Shown: positions 1-9,699, counted from the stretch's first letter. The stretch is 35,680 nucleotides of DNA from Erysipelotrichaceae bacterium (GCA_012729405.1 JAAYDH010000055.1:1-35680), one strand, 5' to 3'. The notes: generated from the sequence alone by a model not told the origin. Translations and numbers: made by a program.

Positions 1-476
<476 letters not shown>

Positions 477-580
477 TCTAAGATTTTTAATCGAAAAATT
501 AAAATTAAGGTTTTAATTAACAAGCAAAGCAACATGTGATAATATTCAGTTTTGAGAGAACAATTACTCTCTGAAAAAAA

Positions 581-689
581 GTCTGGTGGTGATGGCGCGG
601 TGGATACACCTGTTCCCATCCCGAACACAGAAGTTAAGCACCGTAGTGGCGACGATATCCGCAAGGACAAAATAGCGAGCTGCCGGGCT
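581..689 (+). rRNA. rrf: 5S rRNA (short, ~109 nt)
   Basis: Conserved CCTGTTCCCATCCCGAACACAGAAGTTAAGC core. Helix I pairs 581-590 with 679-688. A T-run follows immediately (689-697). It lies ~105 nt downstream of the 23S end. Confidence 0.92.
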
Positions 690-737
690 TTTTTTTATTA
701 GTTCATTAAGATAGAATAAAACCGAGGTAAAAACCAT

Positions 738-1958
738 ATGAACATCAATCTAATTCGCCTGAGAACTGTCCTTGATGGACGGGAGCCAGAAGTGATTAAA
801 GAAACCACTAACTTTATTGAAGAAATCAACAACATCCTCATCGACGAGGATTTTATCATAAAAGAGAGTGCCCCAGATCCGATCATGACGATTGTCTTTG
901 TCGAGACCGGTGGCAGCGAAACAAAATTTCTCAACATTTTCGATCGCCTCGGAAAGTTTGTTTACCTCCTTTCTAACGGCAAGAATAACTCTTTACCCGC
1001 TAGCTTAGAAATCAAAACCTATTGTTCCCAGCACGGCAAGGATGCCTTCCTCATCACCGGAACGGAAGAACAGTGCGCGAATGAAATTAAACATTTTGCC
1101 CGCGTTGCTCACGCCTTGATCGCCCTGAAAGACAACAATTTAGGAGTGATTGGACAACCCTCTGATTGGCTCATCGCATCGAACATCGATGCTCCCACTG
1201 TCTATGATTATTTCAAAATAAATATCGTAAATATTGGGATGGATGAGTTAATGAGCGAGATTGAGAAGAAAAAAATGGGAAATGTCCCACATCTCGATAA
1301 ACTAAAAACCAAATTTAAAAACAAGGAAGTTCTCGATGGAGCTTGCTATATTTATGGAGCTCTCAAACGACTGATTGAGAAGTACCATCTCAACGGCTTA
1401 ACCATCCGTTGTTTTGATCTCCTCGGCAAATACAAAAACACTTCCTGTTTGGCACTCGCAATTCTTAACGAAGAAGGTATCACTGCGACTTGTGAAGGAG
1501 ATGTTCCGAGCATGCTGACAATGCATATGCTGACCACTTTAACAGGTCAACCTTGTTTTCAAGCCAACCCTTCGAAATTCGATTTAGATAATTCGACAAT
1601 GCTCCTTGCCCACTGCACGATTCCTTTAAATATGGTTTCCAAGTACGAGCTACTCACCCATTTTGAGAGCAATCTCGGTATCGGAGTTAAAGGGACGATG
1701 CCGTTAGATGATATCACCATCTGCAAACTATTTTTAAAGGACGGAAAGCTCTTAGAAAATTCAGTGGTCTTCTCAGCAAAGATTATTGAAAACCCTTCAT
1801 TGCCCGGCTACTGCCGCACCCAAATTGTCATTCAACTCGATCAATATGATTTTTACACTCTCTTCAAGAACAATTTTGGTAATCATCTTATCGTCACATA
1901 CGCGAACGCAGAAGAAGACTTTAGTGCCCTCCTTCGAGCCTATGAAAAATTACGATAA
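738..1958 (+). CDS. Sugar isomerase-like protein of the L-fucose/L-arabinose isomerase superfamily (COG2407-like); substrate unknown
   Basis: 406-aa ORF with GAGG 10 nt upstream of the ATG. Motifs resemble FucI/AraA-like proteins: ETGGSE...NSLPASLEI in the N-terminal domain, GVIGQPSDWLIAS, ATCEGDVPSMLTMHML and LLAHCT (candidate metal/catalytic region). Family assigned by eye only. Confidence 0.6.
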   Translation: MNINLIRLRTVLDGREPEVIKETTNFIEEINNILIDEDFIIKESAPDPIMTIVFVETGGSETKFLNIFDRLGKFVYLLSNGKNNSLPASLEIKTYCSQHGKDAFLITGTEEQCANEIKHFARVAHALIALKDNNLGVIGQPSDWLIASNIDAPTVYDYFKINIVNIGMDELMSEIEKKKMGNVPHLDKLKTKFKNKEVLDGACYIYGALKRLIEKYHLNGLTIRCFDLLGKYKNTSCLALAILNEEGITATCEGDVPSMLTMHMLTTLTGQPCFQANPSKFDLDNSTMLLAHCTIPLNMVSKYELLTHFESNLGIGVKGTMPLDDITICKLFLKDGKLLENSVVFSAKIIENPSLPGYCRTQIVIQLDQYDFYTLFKNNFGNHLIVTYANAEEDFSALLRAYEKLR

Positions 1959-1971
1959 ATGATTATCTTCC

Positions 1972-1999
1972 TTGCTCTTTATTATATCTATGATATAAT
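1972..1999 (+). promoter_or_regulatory. Sigma-70-type promoter with extended -10 for the 2015..2491 gene
   Basis: -35 TTGCTC (1972-1977), 16-nt spacer, TGaTATAAT (TG 1991-1992, -10 at 1994-1999). Confidence 0.5.
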
Positions 2000-2014
2000 C
2001 TACCCGGTCTTATT

Positions 2015-2491
2015 ATGAAAGTAACCAAAGCAAGTGTCATTTACGCGTTATTGTGCAATATTCCGGTGAGCGCCTGTCTCTGTCTGGCAGCGAATTTTTC
2101 GAATAATAACGGAAATATTATCTGGAATGAATTCTTATTGAATTACGCTGTCTCTTTACCTGTTGCCATCTTGATTTCTTTATTTGTTCCCCTCGTTGGA
2201 CTAGGCAAGTGGTTTACCGGTCTTTTTGGCGTTGAAAACGAGACTTTTACTCACAATATTTTGTATCGTATTCTCGCGATTCTCTTCACTTCATTCATTT
2301 ACTTCATGATTTTAAATCCCGTCTTAGCGGTTTTTAATTCGCTGATCAGCGGGGTTTGGATCGATATACCCGTTTGGGTATTTCATTGGATGAGAAGCTT
2401 GCCTGGGATGTTGGCCGTCGGATTTTTCTCGTCCTTGTTCTTCGATATCCCGGCATTCCGCATCGCACATAAAGTGGATCCCAATTTCTAA
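2015..2491 (+). CDS. Small integral membrane protein, function unknown (about 4 predicted TM segments; possibly DUF2798-like)
   Basis: 158-aa ORF made of hydrophobic helices separated by short loops, with its own promoter. No recognisable catalytic motif. Confidence 0.55.
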   Translation: MKVTKASVIYALLCNIPVSACLCLAANFSNNNGNIIWNEFLLNYAVSLPVAILISLFVPLVGLGKWFTGLFGVENETFTHNILYRILAILFTSFIYFMILNPVLAVFNSLISGVWIDIPVWVFHWMRSLPGMLAVGFFSSLFFDIPAFRIAHKVDPNF

Positions 2492-2530
2492 GTCAACTTA
2501 GTGAGGAGCTTTTCATAAATTAGCCCCTGG

Positions 2531-2559
2531 TTGACAATATCTCTTTTACTTTGTAAAAT
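2531..2559 (+). promoter_or_regulatory. Near-consensus sigma-70 promoter for the asp23-like/fakA operon
   Basis: -35 TTGACA (2531-2536), 17-nt spacer, -10 TAAAAT (2554-2559). Confidence 0.6.
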
Positions 2560-2582
2560 TGAATAACCTAACTTAGGTAACT

Positions 2583-2909
2583 ATGAAAACAAACGAACCG
2601 AATAAACAAACTGCCAAAATTTCCGAGGAAGCCCTCATCGCAACGATTAAGGAAGCGATTGTTCCTTGCTATGGCATTAAAGAAATAGCAAATATTTCTC
2701 AAACGAAAGGAAAAAAAGAGGAAGGTATAAAAATCAAATTTTATGATGATCGAAATTTTTCGATCGACATTTATGTAGTGGTCGTTTTTGGTTTGAAGAT
2801 AACAGAAACTCTCCGTTCTTGTCAGAAGATGGTCAAGTATGTTCTCAACCATTACTACCCAGGACAATGTCGCTACATTAATGTCTATGCCTATGATTTA
2901 GCCTCTTAG
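2583..2909 (+). CDS. Asp23/Gls24-family (alkaline shock protein-like, YloU-type) small protein
   Basis: 108-aa ORF sitting directly upstream of the DAK2/FakA gene, as yloU does in Bacillus and Staphylococcus. N-terminal ISEEALIATIKEAI...GIKE pattern is typical of Asp23-family proteins. Confidence 0.75.
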   Translation: MKTNEPNKQTAKISEEALIATIKEAIVPCYGIKEIANISQTKGKKEEGIKIKFYDDRNFSIDIYVVVVFGLKITETLRSCQKMVKYVLNHYYPGQCRYINVYAYDLAS

Positions 2910-2918
2910 AAAATTGAA

Positions 2919-4592
2919 ATGAAACAACTTACTGGACAAGACCTTAAGAAAATGCTCATTTCAGGAGCGAATAACCTTTACAATTCGTATCCTGAAATCG
3001 ACGCATTAAACGTTTTCCCTGTTCCTGACGGAGATACTGGCATGAATATGAATCTCACCATGACCAGCGGAGTCAAAGAGATTCAAAATCGCAGCGACGA
3101 AAGTGTCGCTGAAATCGCCAAAGCTTTTTCCCGTGGCCTTCTCATGGGGGCACGTGGTAACTCCGGAGTTATTACCTCGCAGATTTTCCGTGGCTTTGCT
3201 CAAGGCTTAGAAGATAAAAAAGAAGCTAATGCAGTTGAATTTGCCCGCGCCTTTGAAAAAGGCGTTGAGGTCGCTTATAAAGCGGTTGTTCGCCCCGTAG
3301 AAGGAACTATTCTCACTGTAATGAGAGAAGCTAGCGAAGTGCTCTCCAAAGTTGTTAAGAAAGATTTTTCCATTGAAAGAGCAATGGATGTGTTAATTAA
3401 AGAAGCCCGCGAGTCGTTGAAAAGAACCCCTGATCTCCTCCCCATCTTGAAAGAAGTCGGCGTTATCGATTCCGGCGGTGCGGGATTATTGAAGATTTTT
3501 GAAGGTCTCCGATTAGGCCTTGAAGGTAAGGTTGTCGAACGCCTTGAAGCGACTTCCACTCATGGTGAAACTCCGATCAAAATGGCGGGTGCCTCGATGG
3601 AAGAAGAAGAATTTGGCTATTGTACCGAGTTCATCATGTCACTAGGACCTGACAGCGTGAAAAAGCCATTTAACGAGAAACGTTTCGTAACCATTCTCCA
3701 GAGCCGTGGCAATTCACTCGTTGTCGTCCATGATGAAGAAATTGTTAAAGTTCACGTTCACACCCTCAACCCAGGCGAAGTCTTGACTTACGCGCAGCAA
3801 TTCGGCGAATTCCTTAAGTTGAAAATTGAAAACATGACCGAACAGCATCACGCTCTCGCAACTGGTGAAGTAGTGGAAGAACACCACGATCTCGTCGGCG
3901 AACCTGAAGAAGAGAAGAAAGAAAAATCCAAATATGCGATCATTGCTGTCTCCTCCGGCGATGGTATTGATGAATTTTTCGAAGAAATTGGCATCAACAT
4001 CATTGTCAAGGGCGGTCAAACAATGAACCCTTCCAGCGAAGATTTTGTGACCGCGATTAAAAAAGCTAATGCTGAAAATGTCTATATTTTCCCTAATAAT
4101 TCCAATATTGTCATGGCGGCTTCTCAAGCTTCCGATGTGATCGACGATAAAGATGTCACCGTCTACGTCGTTCCCAGCAAGACGATTCCTCAAGGAATCA
4201 GTTCGGCGATTATGTTTAATGAAGATGCTGACCCAGAAGAGAACTTCCACGAGATGAAATCCGCTCTGAAGAACGTCAAATCAGGAGAAGTTACTTTCGC
4301 GATTCGCGATACAAAATTCGGCGATATCAATGTCAAAAAAGATGATTACATCGGCATTTTTGAAAAGGATATCGTCATTGATTCACCAAACAAAATTGGC
4401 GCTTGCCGCTACTTGATTGATCAGATGATTGACGAAGATAGCTCAATCATTACCATCATCTACGGCGAAGATGTGACCGACAAAGAAATTGAACAAATCA
4501 AACGCTACGTGGAAGATAAATATCCAGAAGTCGATGTCGACATCCACAACGGCAAACAACCAGTCTATTCCTTCCTAATCGGAGTTGAATAA
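2919..4592 (+). CDS. fakA: Fatty acid kinase ATP-binding subunit FakA (DAK2-domain protein, YloV family)
   Basis: 557 aa. N-terminal Dak2 signature (NVFPVPDGDTGMNM, GARGNSGVI). Canonical position between the asp23-like gene and recG, as for S. aureus fakA / B. subtilis yloV. Confidence 0.88.
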   Translation: MKQLTGQDLKKMLISGANNLYNSYPEIDALNVFPVPDGDTGMNMNLTMTSGVKEIQNRSDESVAEIAKAFSRGLLMGARGNSGVITSQIFRGFAQGLEDKKEANAVEFARAFEKGVEVAYKAVVRPVEGTILTVMREASEVLSKVVKKDFSIERAMDVLIKEARESLKRTPDLLPILKEVGVIDSGGAGLLKIFEGLRLGLEGKVVERLEATSTHGETPIKMAGASMEEEEFGYCTEFIMSLGPDSVKKPFNEKRFVTILQSRGNSLVVVHDEEIVKVHVHTLNPGEVLTYAQQFGEFLKLKIENMTEQHHALATGEVVEEHHDLVGEPEEEKKEKSKYAIIAVSSGDGIDEFFEEIGINIIVKGGQTMNPSSEDFVTAIKKANAENVYIFPNNSNIVMAASQASDVIDDKDVTVYVVPSKTIPQGISSAIMFNEDADPEENFHEMKSALKNVKSGEVTFAIRDTKFGDINVKKDDYIGIFEKDIVIDSPNKIGACRYLIDQMIDEDSSIITIIYGEDVTDKEIEQIKRYVEDKYPEVDVDIHNGKQPVYSFLIGVE

Positions 4593-4610
4593 GGTAGATA
4601 TGAGAAAATG

Positions 4611-4640
4611 GCAAATCAAAAGATTTGCTATTTTTCTTTT
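4611..4640 (+). terminator. Rho-independent terminator after fakA
   Basis: Stem GCAAATC / GATTTGC with AAAA loop (4611-4628), followed by a T-rich tract TATTTTTCTTTT. Confidence 0.6.
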
Positions 4641-4660
4641 CCTTTTTAATAATTAAGATA

Positions 4661-6667
4661 ATGAGTAACAAATTAACCAAATCCCCTCGCTTAAATCATC
4701 TCCTTTACGAGATGGGAATATATTCGGCTTACGATGTCATCTCGCTTTTACCTCGAAGGTATGATGATTTTTCCTATACGCCGGAAAGAAATCTTATCGA
4801 TAAACAAAAAGTAGTGCTTCTTGGCAAAGTTATTAGCGTTTCCCAACTGGTTAAACATCGCGGTTTGTCACTTGTAAAATTCGAATTCATGACCTTAAAA
4901 GGAACTTACTTCCGGGTCATTGCTTTTAACCGGCCTTACTTAATAAAAATTATTACGGTTAATGAAACCTATACCTTAATCGGTGTTTTTGATAAGAAAA
5001 ATAACGAAATCAACATGGTCAATATCGTTAAAGGTGAGGTTTCTTCTTCAGAAAGATATCGAGCCGTCTATTCACTTCCTAGCGATTATCCGAATCATCT
5101 CTTTTCATCGCTTGTAAATCGTTCCCTCAAGGAACTCGAAGGAAAAATCTATTCTTCAGTGCCCTTTTCTTACCAAAGAAAATACCGGCTCATCGATAAA
5201 GAAAAAGCTCTCTGGGCAATTCATTTTCCAAAGAGGAATGAGGATATTCACCAAGGATATCGCCATTTAAAATACGAAGAAGCCCTCATCTTTTCTTTAA
5301 AGAACCAATGTATACGCGAGGCAAATAAATCCCTCGCCAAAATCAAGAAAGAACCAATTGATTTATCGCTTTGCGAACCGTTTTTAAAGAGTCTGCCTTA
5401 TACTTTAAGCGAAGATCAAAAGAACGCCGCGAGCGAGATTATCGAAGATATGAATCAATCTTCATTGATGTATCGTTTGCTCCAAGGTGATGTTGGAACA
5501 GGTAAAACCTTAGTTGCTTTTATTTCTCTTTACGCGAATTATATTCGGGGTGACCAAGGGGTGATTATGGCACCGACTGACGCCTTAGCGAGACAACATT
5601 ACGCGAATGCTGTGAAATTATTTGCTTCTACTAAAATTAAAATCGGACTCCTATTAGGCTCCACTCCCGCATCTGAAAAAAAGACAATCAAGGATGATTT
5701 AAAAGATGGAACGCTCGATATCTTAATTGGCACCCATGCCCTCTTTTCAAAATCCGTCACTTATTCCTCTCTTGGTTTAGCGGTTATTGATGAACAGCAC
5801 CGTTTTGGAGTCAACCAAAGAATTACTTTGGCCAATAAAGGTGAACACGCCGATTTACTGATGATGTCAGCAACCCCGATTCCCCGCTCTTTAGCCCTTA
5901 CCATCTATGGCGATTTAGATATTTCGACCCTCACCTCTTTCCCTCATCAAGAAAGAACTGTTGCAACCAAAATTGTCACTTCTGAAGATGAAGAAATCTA
6001 TCGCTCAATTAGTAAAGCTTTAGGAGATAACCGTCGTGTTTATATTGTCGCTCCCCTGATTAATTATCGGGAAGATGGACGCTACTCGGTGGAGAAGCTT
6101 TTTGCTCACTTCTTATTGAAATACCCGCAAAAAGTCACTCTTTTGCATGGAAAAATGAAACAGGAAGAGAAAGAAGCGGCTCTCGAAAACTTTCGAAATG
6201 GCGCCAAACCGATTCTAGTATCGACGCCCGTAATTGAAGTTGGTATCGATATTTCTGAAGCTAGTTTAATGGTAATATACGATGCCTCGAGTTTTGGCCT
6301 TGCTTCATTACACCAGTTGCGAGGCAGAATTGGCCGAGATGGCTATCCAGCAGTTTGCTTGCTCGCTTTTGGTCAAACTGACGACCAGGAGAAAGTCAAA
6401 CGACTTGAAACATTGGTAAAGACCAACGATGGTTTTGTCATTGCCGAGGCGGACTTAAAATTACGTGGTCCGGGAGAATTAACTGGATATAAACAGTCGG
6501 GACTTCCATCTTTCATATTCCTTAATGTTATTGATGATTTCCGCATTTTCTCAACCGCTCGCGATGATGCGCGAGATATCTTAAAAAACCGCGAAAAAAA
6601 TGAGTATCAGTGGCTCGTAAAAAAGATTGAAAAAGAGATTATTTCTGATCCTTTAATCAAGGGTTAA
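4661..6667 (+). CDS. recG: ATP-dependent DNA helicase RecG
   Basis: Helicase motifs GDVGTGKT, DEQHRFGV, MSATPIPR, LHQLRGRIGR, plus an N-terminal wedge/OB region. Start placed at ATG 4661 (MSNKLTK...) rather than the TTG at 4625, which would add an implausible poly-Phe/Ile leader. Confidence 0.95.
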   Translation: MSNKLTKSPRLNHLLYEMGIYSAYDVISLLPRRYDDFSYTPERNLIDKQKVVLLGKVISVSQLVKHRGLSLVKFEFMTLKGTYFRVIAFNRPYLIKIITVNETYTLIGVFDKKNNEINMVNIVKGEVSSSERYRAVYSLPSDYPNHLFSSLVNRSLKELEGKIYSSVPFSYQRKYRLIDKEKALWAIHFPKRNEDIHQGYRHLKYEEALIFSLKNQCIREANKSLAKIKKEPIDLSLCEPFLKSLPYTLSEDQKNAASEIIEDMNQSSLMYRLLQGDVGTGKTLVAFISLYANYIRGDQGVIMAPTDALARQHYANAVKLFASTKIKIGLLLGSTPASEKKTIKDDLKDGTLDILIGTHALFSKSVTYSSLGLAVIDEQHRFGVNQRITLANKGEHADLLMMSATPIPRSLALTIYGDLDISTLTSFPHQERTVATKIVTSEDEEIYRSISKALGDNRRVYIVAPLINYREDGRYSVEKLFAHFLLKYPQKVTLLHGKMKQEEKEAALENFRNGAKPILVSTPVIEVGIDISEASLMVIYDASSFGLASLHQLRGRIGRDGYPAVCLLAFGQTDDQEKVKRLETLVKTNDGFVIAEADLKLRGPGELTGYKQSGLPSFIFLNVIDDFRIFSTARDDARDILKNREKNEYQWLVKKIEKEIISDPLIKG

Positions 6668-6703
6668 ACATAAATTAGCAATTGTCTATAAAAACAATCT
6701 AAA

Positions 6704-6733
6704 TTGTTTTACTTTTCGATATCATGATAAAAT
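6704..6733 (+). promoter_or_regulatory. Candidate extended -10 promoter for the plsX-rnc-ftsY-ylxM-ffh operon
   Basis: TGaTAAAAT (TG 6725-6726, -10 at 6728-6733) with a weak -35 TTGTTT at an 18-nt spacing. GAGG at 6742-6745 precedes the plsX ATG. Confidence 0.4.
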
Positions 6734-6755
6734 AGATTATTGAGGTTTACCAATT

Positions 6756-7727
6756 ATGAAATTAGTTGTCGATACAATGGGTGGAGACTTAGGAAGTGGT
6801 GTCATCGTCGAAGGCATTCTTGATTTTCTAAAACAAAATCCCAATGTGGAAATTATTGCTGTTGGTCGAAAAGAAGATTTGACCGCCTTAGAAGGTAAGT
6901 GCCGCATCATTCATGCCCCGGACATCGTTCCAATGGAAGCCGGTGCTTTAGAAGTGATGCGCCTGAGAAATTCTTCGATGATGGTGGCTCTCAAATTGCT
7001 AAAGGATGAGCAATTAGATGGCATCATTTCCTGTGGATCTACCGGTGGATTTTTAGCCGCTTCAACTATCACCTTAAAACTTATTACCGGAGTCAAACGG
7101 GCCGCGCTAGTCGCTCCTTTCCCGACATATATTAAAGGCAAGAAAGTTGTTATTTTGGATATCGGTGCGAATAACGAGAACTCTCCAGAAGAGCTTCATC
7201 AATTTGCAGTCATGGGAAGACTTTATTCCCAATCCGTCTTTGGTGTTAAAGAACCGCAAGTTTTCTTGTTAAGTAATGGAACTGAAGAAGGTAAAGGTTC
7301 CCCGGAAGTTAAAGAGGCGCAGAAGTTGCTCAAAGACTTCCCTGGTTATCAAGGTAATATTGAAGCGCGCGTCGCTCTAGATGGGCGGGCCGATGTCATT
7401 GTCACTGATGGTTTCACCGGAAATGTTTTCCTTAAAGGTACCGAAGGTATAGCCAAATTTATGTCGAGCCTTATGAAGAAGGCGTTCAAGAAAAACTTCT
7501 GGACCAAGTTAGGCTATTTACATGTTCGAAAGGGCATTAAAGAAATCGCTGAAACGATGGACTACAAGAGCACTGGAGGTGCGATGCTTCTTGGACTTAA
7601 TGGAGTTGTCGTTAAAGCACATGGTAGCTCGGATGCCTATTCTTTTAAATGCGCTTTAGATGTCGCTAAGAAACTCGCCGAAAATAAAGTTATCGATAAG
7701 ATTAAGGAGGGCATGAGCAATGTCTGA
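6756..7727 (+). CDS. plsX: Phosphate acyltransferase PlsX
   Basis: 323 aa with DTMGGD, GSTGG, GNIEAR and DGFTGNVFLKG motifs. Stop is TGA, overlapping the rnc start (ATGTCTGA). Confidence 0.95.
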   Translation: MKLVVDTMGGDLGSGVIVEGILDFLKQNPNVEIIAVGRKEDLTALEGKCRIIHAPDIVPMEAGALEVMRLRNSSMMVALKLLKDEQLDGIISCGSTGGFLAASTITLKLITGVKRAALVAPFPTYIKGKKVVILDIGANNENSPEELHQFAVMGRLYSQSVFGVKEPQVFLLSNGTEEGKGSPEVKEAQKLLKDFPGYQGNIEARVALDGRADVIVTDGFTGNVFLKGTEGIAKFMSSLMKKAFKKNFWTKLGYLHVRKGIKEIAETMDYKSTGGAMLLGLNGVVVKAHGSSDAYSFKCALDVAKKLAENKVIDKIKEGMSNV

Positions 7728-8403
7728 TATTAAAGACTTGTTGAACAAATTAAGAATTAGACCACGTGATTTGAAATTATACGAACTAGCTCTTACGCAT
7801 CCTTCTTACAATGCTGATGCCAACACCGTTCACTGCGATTATGAGAGACTGGAATATATGGGAGACGCTGTCCTTGATTTCGTCACTGCTGATTTGATTT
7901 TCAAACGTTGTCCAGAAATGGATGAAGGCCAAATGAGCAAGTTTCGAAGCTATTTAGTTAAGAGTCAAACTTTGGCTGACTATGCCCGCAAATTGAATCT
8001 CTCCGAATACATTCGTGCCGGTCATTCTATTCAGAGTGATCAAATCAACAAGAGTAACAAGATTTTAGAGAATGTCTTTGAAGCCTTGATTGGTGCAATC
8101 TACCTAGATTGCGGTATAAAAACCGTCTATCGTTTCATCATTAAAATTATTCAGGCCGACTTAAAGAAGTTGTCCAACCTCGACTTAACTGATGCCAAAA
8201 CGATGCTCCAAGAACAAATGCAAGCTGAACACCGCGATAGCGTTCATTATGAGCTCGTTTCTCAAAAAGGCCCTGCTCATGAGCGCACCTTTATAGTCAA
8301 TGTTTTATTCAATAATATTGTCTTGGCTACCGGCGAAGGCAAAAGTAAAAAAGCCGCTGAAGAAAATGCAGCTCGCAAAGCACTAGAAAAGAGAAGTGTC
8401 TAA
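7720..8403 (+). CDS. rnc: Ribonuclease III
   Basis: RNase III signature ERLEYMGDAVLD and ALTHPSY, with a C-terminal dsRBD (GPAHERTF...GEGKSKKAAEENAA). Confidence 0.95.
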   Translation: MSDIKDLLNKLRIRPRDLKLYELALTHPSYNADANTVHCDYERLEYMGDAVLDFVTADLIFKRCPEMDEGQMSKFRSYLVKSQTLADYARKLNLSEYIRAGHSIQSDQINKSNKILENVFEALIGAIYLDCGIKTVYRFIIKIIQADLKKLSNLDLTDAKTMLQEQMQAEHRDSVHYELVSQKGPAHERTFIVNVLFNNIVLATGEGKSKKAAEENAARKALEKRSV

Positions 8404-9371
8404 TGGGACTAATTGATTTTTTAAAAGAAAAATTTCATAAGAAAGACAAGAATGTCGACAAATATTCACAAGGAATGGCTAAATCCCGCCAAAATTTCTC
8501 TAATCGCCTTGATTTACTTTCGCGTCGTTATAAAACAGTTAACCAAGAATATTTTGATGAACTTGAGCAAATTCTCATTGAATCCGATGTCGGAGTCAAT
8601 CTAGTCATCAAAATTGTTGATGAAGTACTCGAAAAGAGCCGACAGGAAAAGATTACTAATCCTCAATTAATCAACGAACTTTTGGTCGATAGAATGTTCG
8701 TCGGCTATGCCGAAAAGGGCGATATAAAAAACGAAATCACTTTTAAAGCTGGTGAAGCAACGGTTGTTCTAGTTGTTGGTGTTAATGGTGTTGGAAAAAC
8801 GACAAGTATTGCCAAATTAGCCTATCGCTATATTCATCACGGCAAGAAAGTTTTACTTGTCGCTGCAGATACATTTAGAGCTGGTGCAGTTGAGCAACTC
8901 ACCGTTTGGGCTCAACGTCTCAACTGTGAAATTGTTACCGGCGCCCATCAAGCCGATCCGGCCTCTGTCGCCTATGACGGAATGAAAAAGGCTCGCGAAA
9001 TTAACGCTGACCTTGTTATTGTTGACACCGCAGGGAGACTACAAACCAAAACCAATCTGATGATGGAGTTAAGCAAGATTAAACGCGTTCTCGGCAGAGA
9101 AATTGAAGGCGCTCCCCAGGAGACATTTTTAATTATTGATGCGACAACTGGACAAAACGGAGTTGTTCAAGCGAAAGCCTTTGCCGAGGTAACCGACTTA
9201 ACTGGCGTCATTGTCACAAAAATGGATGGAACTAGCAAAGGTGGTATCATCCTGGCCATACGAGATGAATTTAAAGTGCCGGTCCGATTTATCGGATTAG
9301 GTGAAAAAATGGACGATTTAGAGGAGTTCGATCTCGATAAATATCTTTACGGATTATGTGTGGGTGAGTAA
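8403..9371 (+). CDS. ftsY: Signal recognition particle receptor FtsY
   Basis: SRP GTPase motifs [30 protein letters not shown]. Its ATG overlaps the rnc TAA by 1 nt. Confidence 0.95.
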   Translation: MGLIDFLKEKFHKKDKNVDKYSQGMAKSRQNFSNRLDLLSRRYKTVNQEYFDELEQILIESDVGVNLVIKIVDEVLEKSRQEKITNPQLINELLVDRMFVGYAEKGDIKNEITFKAGEATVVLVVGVNGVGKTTSIAKLAYRYIHHGKKVLLVAADTFRAGAVEQLTVWAQRLNCEIVTGAHQADPASVAYDGMKKAREINADLVIVDTAGRLQTKTNLMMELSKIKRVLGREIEGAPQETFLIIDATTGQNGVVQAKAFAEVTDLTGVIVTKMDGTSKGGIILAIRDEFKVPVRFIGLGEKMDDLEEFDLDKYLYGLCVGE

Positions 9372-9372
9372 T

Positions 9373-9699
9373 ATGGATGATTTGAATAAAACAGTCCGTT
9401 ACAACGACTTATTGAACATCTATCAGGAATTACTCACGCCGACCCAAAAAGAGATTTTAATCGACTATTTCGCCTATGATTTATCTCTCGGAGAAATTGC
9501 GACCAACCGCAATGTTACCCGCGCCGCTATTGAGGACGCAATTAAGAAAGGCTTGAAGAAATTAGAGAGTCTCGAATCCCATCTCCACTCACTTAAAAAG
9601 AAACAAGACGTTTTACAAAACCTTGAAGCAATAAAAACACAAAAACCAAGTAGCGAAGTCATCTCGCTAGTTGAGAATATAGAAAGGATAATTAAATAA
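9373..9699 (+). CDS. ylxM: YlxM/UPF0122 helix-turn-helix protein (putative SRP-operon accessory protein)
   Basis: ~108 aa. The LLTPTQKEILIDYFAYDLSLGEIA...VTRAAIEDAIKK pattern is sigma-70 region-4-like. Canonical position between ftsY and ffh. Start taken at ATG 9373 (MDDLNK). Confidence 0.85.
   Translation: MDDLNKTVRYNDLLNIYQELLTPTQKEILIDYFAYDLSLGEIATNRNVTRAAIEDAIKKGLKKLESLESHLHSLKKKQDVLQNLEAIKTQKPSSEVISLVENIERIIK

Noticed and set aside
3714-4250. Long antisense ORFs inside conserved genes: 3714..4250 (-), 10556..11035 (-), 19757..20224 (-), 21295..21639 (-) and 27821..28176 (-).
   Set aside because: Each lies opposite a confidently identified conserved gene (fakA, ffh, rpsB, tsf, polC). 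None has an SD or promoter, and their translations have shadow-ORF composition.
4625-4660. The upstream alternative starts given in the ORF track (TTG 4625 recG, GTG 9358 ylxM, TTG 12911 rpsP, TTG 13527 lepB, 19986 rpsB, 24024 cdsA, 34703 lipoprotein).
   Set aside because: In each case a downstream ATG fits better. It has a properly spaced GGAGG-type SD, or matches the conserved family N-terminus, or both. For the lipoprotein it yields a proper signal peptide and lipobox. The upstream extensions overlap neighbouring genes or terminators.
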